DNA from: Alphaproteobacteria bacterium
GTDB taxonomy: Bacteria > Pseudomonadota > Alphaproteobacteria > Rs-D84
Direction of reading: 5' to 3'
DNA: 64,000 nucleotides
Assembly: GCA_016927735.1 (NCBI GenBank)
Contig: JAFGMC010000002.1
Span: 4,290 to 68,289, forward strand
A program made the position numbers and the translations under genes. Of this stretch, positions 57,177 through 64,000 are shown piece after piece. The notes below the pieces were generated by a model. It was not told where the DNA came from. It ran no database searches and saw only the letters and a list, made by a program, of their open reading frames with translations. Position 1 is the stretch's first letter; each line of letters begins with the position of its first letter.

Positions 57177-59789
57177 TTATTTCAGTTTGCCACAACAATG
57201 TTTATATTTCAATCCAGATCCACAAGAACAAAGATCATTTCTACGTTCTGTTGATTGAATTTTATTTAATTCATTGTCATGTTTAACCTGTTCTTCTTCT
57301 GTTGCCTTTATATCTTCTTGGGTTAATTCCATTCTGCAGATATAAGATACTGACATTATCTTGAAATTATTTATTGTGTTACGGAAAAGTTCTAGGGCCT
57401 CTCTTTTATATTCATACAATGGATTTTTCTGTGCGTAACCACGCAGTCCGATTCCAGTTTGCAAATAATCCATTTGTTGAAGATGACGTTTCCATACAGA
57501 ATCCAACGCACCCAACATCATCTGACGTTGTGCAGTTTTCATCATATCATCATTATAACGACTCTTCTGATAATCGTATCGGCTGATTCCAAAATCTAAT
57601 AATTTTTCATAGGCTATTTGCTCTGTAATATTTTCGTCTTTTTTCCAAAGTTCTATATCTGTTATATCCAATGCAAATGTTTGCAACATTTCTTCATGAA
57701 TACCTTCAATATTCCAATCTGATGAATGTGATTTTTCTGGAATATTTTTTTCACAAATCATTTCTACAACATCGCCAATTAATTCCCTGACTAATGGATT
57801 AAAATCTTCTGATATCATCAAATCATTACGTTGCTTATAAATAACCTTACGTTGTTCGTTCATAACGTCATCGTATTTAAGCAACTCTTTACGTGATTCG
57901 AAATAACGTGCTTCTACACGCTTTTGTGCCTTTTCCAGCGCCTTTGTAATCCAAGGGTGTGTTATTGCTTCGCCAGTTTTTAATCCCAAACTTGTCATCA
58001 TTCCATCTAAACGCGCGGCGCCAAATATACGCATTAAATCATCATCCAATGCCAAGAAGAATTTAGAATTACCAGGATCCCCTTGACGTCCGGAACGACC
58101 ACGCAATTGGTTATCAATACGACGTGATTCATGCCTTTCGGTTCCGATAACATATAAACCACCCGCATCTAAAACCTGTTTTTTATTTTTTTCTATTAAA
58201 TCGTATATAGCTTTCTTTTTTTCTTCATATTCTGGATCTGCTTTGTTTAATCCCGCAATCAGTTCTTCGGCGTTACCACCCAATTTAATATCAGTTCCAC
58301 GACCCGCCATATTAGTTGCAATAGTCACAGAACCTGGTGCACCAGCCTGTGAAATTATTCGTGCTTCGGATTCATGTTGTTTTGCATTCAAAATTGCAGG
58401 TCCTATGCCGATTTCACGACGAACAACTTTTGCCAATTCTTCAGATTTTTCAATTGATACAGTTCCGACCAACACAGGTTGCTTGCGTTCCAAACATTCC
58501 CTTATTTGATTTGCAATTGCCTTGTATTTTTCATTTTTATTACGATATATCTCGTCATGATGATCAATTCTGGTGACTGCACGATTTGTTGGTATTGATA
58601 CAACACGCAAGTTATAAATTTCTTCGAATTCTGCCGCTTCGGTCATGGCTGTTCCCGTCATACCAGACAACGTAGGATACAAACGGAATAAGTTCTGATA
58701 AGAAATACTGGAAACTGTTTGATTTTCAGGTTGAACACTTACATGTTCTTTGGCTTCGATTGCCTGATGTAATCCCTTGCCGAATCTGCGACCTGTCATA
58801 ACACGACCTGTAAATTCATCAACAATTAAAATTTCATCATTACGAACAACATAATTAACATTTTTCTGATATAAATGATGCGCCAATAATGATTGTTGAA
58901 TATGCATAACCAACGCAGCGTTTTCAGAAGCATATAAATTGTCACCAACCAATAATTCACTTTCTTTTAATAGATTTGTAATTGTATCCACACCACTTTC
59001 AGTCAGTGTTACATGACGATCTTTTTCATCTTTTTTATAATCATCAGGTGACAGTTTTATAACAATTTCATTAACCTTGGCATATAATTCAGTGGTATCT
59101 TCTGATGGTCCAGAAATAATTAATGGTGTACGCGCTTCGTCAATTAAAATACTGTCCACTTCGTCAACAATTGCATAGAATAGGGGACGTAATACTTGTT
59201 GTTCTTTTGTAAATTTCATATTATCGCGCAGATAATCAAATCCCAATTCAGAATTAGTCACATAAGTAATATCACAAGCATATGCACTTTGGCGTTCTTC
59301 ATCGGACATATCATGCTGAATAATACCAATTGACAATCCCAAGAATTTATAAACTTGCCCCATCCATTCTGCGTCACGCGCAGCCAAGTAATCATTAACA
59401 GTAATCAGATGTGCACCCTTGCCATGCAAAGCTTTTAAATACAGCGCCAATGTTGCAACCAATGTTTTTCCTTCACCAGTTTTCATTTCTGCAATCTGAC
59501 CATTTGTCAAAACCATTCCACCAATCATCTGGACATCAAAATGTCGCAGACCAATTGTACGTATAGACGCTTCACGCACGGCAGAAAATGCATCCGCCAT
59601 GATATCTTTTTCTTTTTCACCAGAAGCCAACCGCTGTTTTAATAAATCTGTTTGTGAACGCAACTCTTCATTTGACATTGCGTGATATTTAGGTTCCAAA
59701 TCGTTAATCAAAGAAACATTTTTATCATAAGATTTTACAATTCTATCATTTGCAGAACCCAGAATTTTACCAAGAATACTCTTCAACAT
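57177..59789 (-). CDS. secA: preprotein translocase ATPase SecA
   Basis: MKTGEGKTLVA, DEVDSILIDEARTPLIISG, TNMAGRGTDIKLGG, C-terminal zinc motif CSCGSGLKYKHCCG. Confidence 0.97.
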   Translation of the reverse strand: MLKSILGKILGSANDRIVKSYDKNVSLINDLEPKYHAMSNEELRSQTDLLKQRLASGEKEKDIMADAFSAVREASIRTIGLRHFDVQMIGGMVLTNGQIAEMKTGEGKTLVATLALYLKALHGKGAHLITVNDYLAARDAEWMGQVYKFLGLSIGIIQHDMSDEERQSAYACDITYVTNSELGFDYLRDNMKFTKEQQVLRPLFYAIVDEVDSILIDEARTPLIISGPSEDTTELYAKVNEIVIKLSPDDYKKDEKDRHVTLTESGVDTITNLLKESELLVGDNLYASENAALVMHIQQSLLAHHLYQKNVNYVVRNDEILIVDEFTGRVMTGRRFGKGLHQAIEAKEHVSVQPENQTVSSISYQNLFRLYPTLSGMTGTAMTEAAEFEEIYNLRVVSIPTNRAVTRIDHHDEIYRNKNEKYKAIANQIRECLERKQPVLVGTVSIEKSEELAKVVRREIGIGPAILNAKQHESEARIISQAGAPGSVTIATNMAGRGTDIKLGGNAEELIAGLNKADPEYEEKKKAIYDLIEKNKKQVLDAGGLYVIGTERHESRRIDNQLRGRSGRQGDPGNSKFFLALDDDLMRIFGAARLDGMMTSLGLKTGEAITHPWITKALEKAQKRVEARYFESRKELLKYDDVMNEQRKVIYKQRNDLMISEDFNPLVRELIGDVVEMICEKNIPEKSHSSDWNIEGIHEEMLQTFALDITDIELWKKDENITEQIAYEKLLDFGISRYDYQKSRYNDDMMKTAQRQMMLGALDSVWKRHLQQMDYLQTGIGLRGYAQKNPLYEYKREALELFRNTINNFKIMSVSYICRMELTQEDIKATEEEQVKHDNELNKIQSTERRNDLCSCGSGLKYKHCCGKLK

Positions 59790-59932
59790 ATTTTTTCCTT
59801 ATTTACCTAGATTGATATACCAATTTTGATGGTTGCGGTCAAGACTCTTTATGATATAATGCATAAGTTTTAACAAACAAGTGACATATTTTAAAAATTA
59901 CTATTTTTTTATCATCATAAAGGCCGTAAAAC

Positions 59933-60148
59933 ATGAAAGAAACTATTAAAAAACTGAACAGTTCTGATATTTCAAGTGAAGTTTTTATAATTTCGCCTAC
60001 ACAAATTGAATATATCGCACAAATTTTTGGCGATTCTGTAGCAGATGCAATGAATATGCGTACATTCGCACAAAAAATCAGAAAAATTGCTGAACAATCT
60101 TTACTAAAAGCTTTAAATACTGCAAAAAAACAGGGATTGAAAAAATAA
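59933..60148 (+). CDS. hypothetical small protein (71 aa)
   Basis: An ORF only. Charged helical composition. Converges on the Cys-rich repeat gene with a 7-nt gap. Confidence 0.3.
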   Translation: MKETIKKLNSSDISSEVFIISPTQIEYIAQIFGDSVADAMNMRTFAQKIRKIAEQSLLKALNTAKKQGLKK

Positions 60149-60155
60149 ATTTATT

Positions 60156-62168
60156 TTATATACTATCATCGTATATAGAATAATCTATCCCATTGTAATT
60201 AGCCCTTATCGAACCTTTTTGACCGGTATCCATATTTCCATAATACGTTGACCCGTTTAATTGAATATACAAAGCAGGGGTTGTTTTCTTCTGACTACGT
60301 AAATGAACTTGATTACTGCCTATATTAAATACTTTTCCGCAATCACCAGCTTCATCTGCCCCAGCACCAAAACCAATTGTTGTTAATCCTGCATCGCACG
60401 CTGTACGCGTTATTAAACCATCTGCTGACCAATAAGTTGTTCCAACAGCATCACAAGCATCAACCGCAACATAATATCCACCAAAACAACCCGAGATAGA
60501 ACATAAATTATTTACTGTATTACTTCCAGAAAGCCAAGTTGCATTCGCCCAAGAACTGTCATAATTGTTATTATTTGAACAAATTGCATCACAAGAAGTT
60601 TTTCCAGTTGTACTGGTTGTTGTTCCATCTTGACATGCGATACATGAGTTTTCACCGTTATTGGTATTATACGATCCAATCGTACATGCTGTACATGTAG
60701 AATTTCCACCACGGGAATATGTCCCAGCTAAACATTCTATTGCTCCGCCGGTGACACCATAATTAATCAAGGTAGAAGGGCAATAATATCCGGCTGTACA
60801 CGTAGTTAATGTTGATGAACCAGCAGTTGAAATATATGTACCATCAATTGTTTGTATCTGACATTGGGAATCATCAGTTTTACCAGCGATAGTATTTGCC
60901 GTATAATCCGTTGGGCAATTTGTGCAAATAGATGCACCAGTCGCGGAATATGTTGCACCTGTACATTGAATTATAGAACCAATATTACCATAACCAATCA
61001 ATGCAGCAGGGCAATAATATCCGGCTGTACAAATTACCTGGGTTGTAGAATTTGCAGTTGCAATATATCGACCAGCAGTTGTTTGTAAGGCACATTGATT
61101 TAATGTTGATAAACCTGTCCCACCAGATGTATATCCCGCAGGACAAGAGTTCCTGGTGCCAGTACCACCATAGTTAATCAAAGTATCCGGGCAATAATAT
61201 CCGGCTGTACACATAGTTAATGTTGATGCATTAGCCGTTGCAATATATGTTCCCCCAGTTGTTTGTACTTGGCACTGTGAAGATGAAGTTTTGTTATTTG
61301 TTAAATTCGCATTATATATACTCGGGCAACTTGTACAACTGGCAGCACCAGACCCAGAATATGTTGCACCTGTACATGGTAATATTGAACCAGTACTGCC
61401 ATAACTGACCAGCGCAGAAGGACAATAATATCCAGCCGTACATGTTGTCACATATGTCACATTTGGCGTTGCAATATATGTTCCACCTGCCGTTTGTATC
61501 TTGCATTGATCTATCGCTGACAAACCTGTCCCACCAGATGTATATCCTGCAGGACAAGCAATTCTATTACCAGTACTGCCATAGTTTATTAATGCAGCGG
61601 GACAATAATATCCAGAATCGCAAGTATTTATTATTGTATAATATGCATATGCAAGATAGGTTCCTGCATCTGTTTGAATTTGACATTCTGAAGATGATGT
61701 TTTCCCATCTTCAAGATTATCTGTATAGCCACTCGGGCAATTTGTACAACTGGATGCACCAGATCCGGAATAGGTCGCACCCGTACAAGGTAATCTGGAG
61801 CCTGTACTGCCATAATTAACCAATGCGGCAGGACAATAATACCCAGCTGTACAACTTGTTTGACTTGTTGAATAAGCTGTTGCTATATACCGACCAGCAG
61901 ACGTTTGTAATACACATTGATCTATTACTGATAAACCCATCCCACCAGATCTATATCCCGTTGGACATCTTACACGTCCATAATTCCTTTTTGGATTATT
62001 AACATTTGAAAACCCCTCGCAATAATATTGTGATGTGCATGTTGCACAATAACTTCCACTCCAATAAGTACCGGGGTTACAACTAACTATGGCTGCCATT
62101 GCATTGCTTGTAAATGAAACTACAAACAACATCATTAAACTAGCAAAAAAATATTGGATTTTTCTCAA
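60156..62168 (-). CDS. secreted modular Cys-rich repeat protein 1 (670 aa)
   Basis: TTG start after GAGAG. Signal peptide MRKIQYFFASLMMLFVVSFTSNAMA. Alternating modules with CTAGYYCP...YGSTG and CTGATYSGSGA.SCT.CP. 142-aa non-repeat C-terminal domain ending YSIYDDSI. Confidence 0.8.
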   Translation of the reverse strand: MRKIQYFFASLMMLFVVSFTSNAMAAIVSCNPGTYWSGSYCATCTSQYYCEGFSNVNNPKRNYGRVRCPTGYRSGGMGLSVIDQCVLQTSAGRYIATAYSTSQTSCTAGYYCPAALVNYGSTGSRLPCTGATYSGSGASSCTNCPSGYTDNLEDGKTSSSECQIQTDAGTYLAYAYYTIINTCDSGYYCPAALINYGSTGNRIACPAGYTSGGTGLSAIDQCKIQTAGGTYIATPNVTYVTTCTAGYYCPSALVSYGSTGSILPCTGATYSGSGAASCTSCPSIYNANLTNNKTSSSQCQVQTTGGTYIATANASTLTMCTAGYYCPDTLINYGGTGTRNSCPAGYTSGGTGLSTLNQCALQTTAGRYIATANSTTQVICTAGYYCPAALIGYGNIGSIIQCTGATYSATGASICTNCPTDYTANTIAGKTDDSQCQIQTIDGTYISTAGSSTLTTCTAGYYCPSTLINYGVTGGAIECLAGTYSRGGNSTCTACTIGSYNTNNGENSCIACQDGTTTSTTGKTSCDAICSNNNNYDSSWANATWLSGSNTVNNLCSISGCFGGYYVAVDACDAVGTTYWSADGLITRTACDAGLTTIGFGAGADEAGDCGKVFNIGSNQVHLRSQKKTTPALYIQLNGSTYYGNMDTGQKGSIRANYNGIDYSIYDDSI
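60585..62090 (-). repeat. in-frame tandem module repeats (about 411-nt super-repeat) inside repeat protein 1
   Basis: The exact 23-mer gggcaataatatccggctgtaca occurs at 60778, 61009 and 61189. Related copies lie near 61420, 61600 and 61830. Confidence 0.8.
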
Positions 62169-62267
62169 CTCTCAATTCTCTTGATTAATATCTTAGAAAA
62201 AACACCACGAGCCTCGCAAGCTAAAAACTTTTTTATATATAAAAATTGGCTAGGAATATGATTATTT

Positions 62268-64000
62268 TCACATACTGTCATCATATACAGAATATTGTGT
62301 ACCACTTGAATTTATTCTTAAACTTCCCTTGGTATCTGTGGTCATATTTCCATAATAAACAGTACCACCAACATTTATATTCAAAGAAGGTGTTGTCTTC
62401 TTATTGCTGCGCATATATATTCTTTCAGCACCAAAGTTTAATATACGTCCACAGTCACCAGCCTCGTCAGCACCAACACCAAATCCAATTGTTGTTAACC
62501 CAGCACTGCATGCTGTACGAGTAATTGAATTATTAGCAGACCAATATCCAACACCAACTTCTGAACATGTATTAACCGGGGTATAATAACCACCCATACA
62601 TCCGTTGATTAAACATAAATTGCTGACAATATTATTATTCCATGTTGCGGTTGCCCAAGAACTGTCATATGAATTATTATTTGAACATACAGCATTACAA
62701 GAAGTTTGACCAGTTGTTGTTGTTGTTGTACCATTCTGACAAGCATAACAAAAATCTGACGCATCATCACTGTACGAACCAATCGCACAATCTGTACATT
62801 CTGACGCACCTGCATCAGAGTAAGTTCCAGGTAAACAACCATCTGTATATCCTGTGCTTCCATAACTAATTAACGCTGATGGACAATAATATCCAGGCAT
62901 ACAAGATGTTAAAGTTGTATCATTTGCAGTCGCAATATATGTTCCAGCAGTGGTTTGCCATTTACACTGAGTATTTGTTGTTTTACCATCACTGGTATCG
63001 TCAACATAATTCGTTGGACATGATGTACAACTGGTCGCTATTCCACCGGCACTGTAAGTTGGTCCAGAACATATATTACAAGTAGCGGTAGCGGTATTAT
63101 TATTTGCAATTACATAACCACCACTTGCATTTACACTATAAGTGCTGGCTGGCCAAGCAGAACCTGTATATGTAACCTGTATTGAATTCACATAAGAACA
63201 ACCTGTTATTGTTTTGTTCGGTGCTGTATATTTACAAGATATACTTCCCCCACTGCCTGTTGAAGATGTATAAGTACCGCCACTGGGGTTTACACCCGGA
63301 AGCGAACTGCATGCTATTATGGATCCAGTGTCACCGTACGCTAATAAAACAGAAGGGCAATAATAACCACCGATACATTGTGGTGCACTTGTAGCATATG
63401 CGGTTGAAACATATGTACCAGCAAGTGTTTGCCATTTACATTGATTTTGTTCAGATAATCCCGTGCCACCATCATCATAGTTTGTTGGACATGCCGTCCT
63501 GGTACCTGTACTGCCATAATTAACTAATGTAGAAGGACAATAGTATCCGGCTGTACATATTGTTTCAGTTGTATCATTACTAAATTTTATATACGTACCC
63601 CCCGTTGTTTGTAATTGACATTCATTTATTGTGCCGGCCATAGTTCCGCCATCATCATAGTTTGTTGGACATGATATTATATTACCAGTACTGCCATAAT
63701 TAACCAATGCGGCAGGACAATAACTACCAGCTGCACATGTTGTTGCACTCGTTGCATTTGCAGTTGGAATATAATAACCAGTAGTTGTTTGAAACTGACA
63801 TTGGGTAGCCGCAGTTTTATATGATTCTGTATTATCATCATAATTCGTTGGACAAGCTGTACAACTTGGTGCACCAATTGATGAATATGTAGCACCTGTA
63901 CATGCATCACAAGAAGATGTCTGACCTTGGATTACTGTATGAGCAAGTTTTGCTGTACCAGCGGCACAGGAGCTTTCCGGTGAAGATAAAACAATTACTT
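62268..64000 (-). CDS. secreted modular Cys-rich repeat protein 2 (5' end beyond the window)
   Basis: Hand translation shows the frame stays open from 63707 to 64000 (...CPAALVNYGSTGN is preceded by further modules). It has the same module types, plus a unique segment and a 139-aa C-terminal domain ending YSVYDDSM. Confidence 0.8.
   Translation of the reverse strand, partial: VIVLSSPESSCAAGTAKLAHTVIQGQTSSCDACTGATYSSIGAPSCTACPTNYDDNTESYKTAATQCQFQTTTGYYIPTANATSATTCAAGSYCPAALVNYGSTGNIISCPTNYDDGGTMAGTINECQLQTTGGTYIKFSNDTTETICTAGYYCPSTLVNYGSTGTRTACPTNYDDGGTGLSEQNQCKWQTLAGTYVSTAYATSAPQCIGGYYCPSVLLAYGDTGSIIACSSLPGVNPSGGTYTSSTGSGGSISCKYTAPNKTITGCSYVNSIQVTYTGSAWPASTYSVNASGGYVIANNNTATATCNICSGPTYSAGGIATSCTSCPTNYVDDTSDGKTTNTQCKWQTTAGTYIATANDTTLTSCMPGYYCPSALISYGSTGYTDGCLPGTYSDAGASECTDCAIGSYSDDASDFCYACQNGTTTTTTGQTSCNAVCSNNNSYDSSWATATWNNNIVSNLCLINGCMGGYYTPVNTCSEVGVGYWSANNSITRTACSAGLTTIGFGVGADEAGDCGRILNFGAERIYMRSNKKTTPSLNINVGGTVYYGNMTTDTKGSLRINSSGTQYSVYDDSM

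Noticed and set aside
62169-62267. Possible terminator (GCGAGGCTCGT + T-run on the minus strand) between the two Cys-rich repeat genes
   Set aside because: The stem is only 4-5 bp with wobble pairs and a minimal loop, too weak to call. The two genes may or may not be co-transcribed.
60156-64000. Regularly spaced nucleotide repeats (about 180-230 nt spacing) considered as a CRISPR array or non-coding tandem repeat
   Set aside because: The repeats are in frame within long ORFs and encode conserved Cys modules. There are no short unique spacers and no cas genes. This is reported as protein repeats instead.

Overview
AT-rich (about one-third GC by eye) bacterial chromosome segment, almost certainly alphaproteobacterial. 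Supporting markers are a circularly permuted two-piece tmRNA gene with an ANDN-type tag, DUF1013 and DUF2155 genes, IHF-beta, an alpha-type AddA and an S16 with a long Ala/Glu/Lys tail. Rubrerythrin hints at an anaerobic or microaerophilic, probably host-associated lifestyle. I call about 70 protein genes, 4 tRNAs (Arg-CCG, Ser-CGA, Ser-GCU, Gly-CCC) and the tmRNA. There is no rRNA, CRISPR array, transposase or integrase. Most genes are housekeeping: obgE, prfB with its +1 frameshift, cysS, rpoD, recN, xseA, tsaD, rpsP-rimM-trmD-rplS, dnaK, gpmI, rsmH, dnaE, secA and a fused accD-accA. The lineage-specific content worth a second look is listed here. (1) Two tandem secreted proteins at 60.2-64 kb built from alternating Cys-rich modules reminiscent of eukaryotic ephrin-receptor/furin/VSP-like repeats, with a shared novel C-terminal domain. 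(2) A four-gene cluster at 48.1-52.8 kb: a CPVC membrane protein, a helical protein ending in CCIE, and two large Cys-rich exoproteins. One exoprotein shares its N-terminal Cys motif with another exoprotein at 5.3 kb. (3) Three tandem paralogs of a small Cys-His-Asp (transglutaminase-core-like) protein between tsaD and xseA, each with its own conserved upstream motif. Next to them sits an independently promoted amidoligase-like plus GNAT pair. (4) AddA split into three ORFs that all keep their catalytic motifs, with a 452-bp non-coding AT-rich spacer at the first junction. (5) A structured terminator-ended leader or sRNA upstream of a putative HtrL-like gene. (6) A duplicated tRNA-Gly 3' end that looks like an att-site scar. 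Functional calls come from motif recognition by eye only. No database search was possible.
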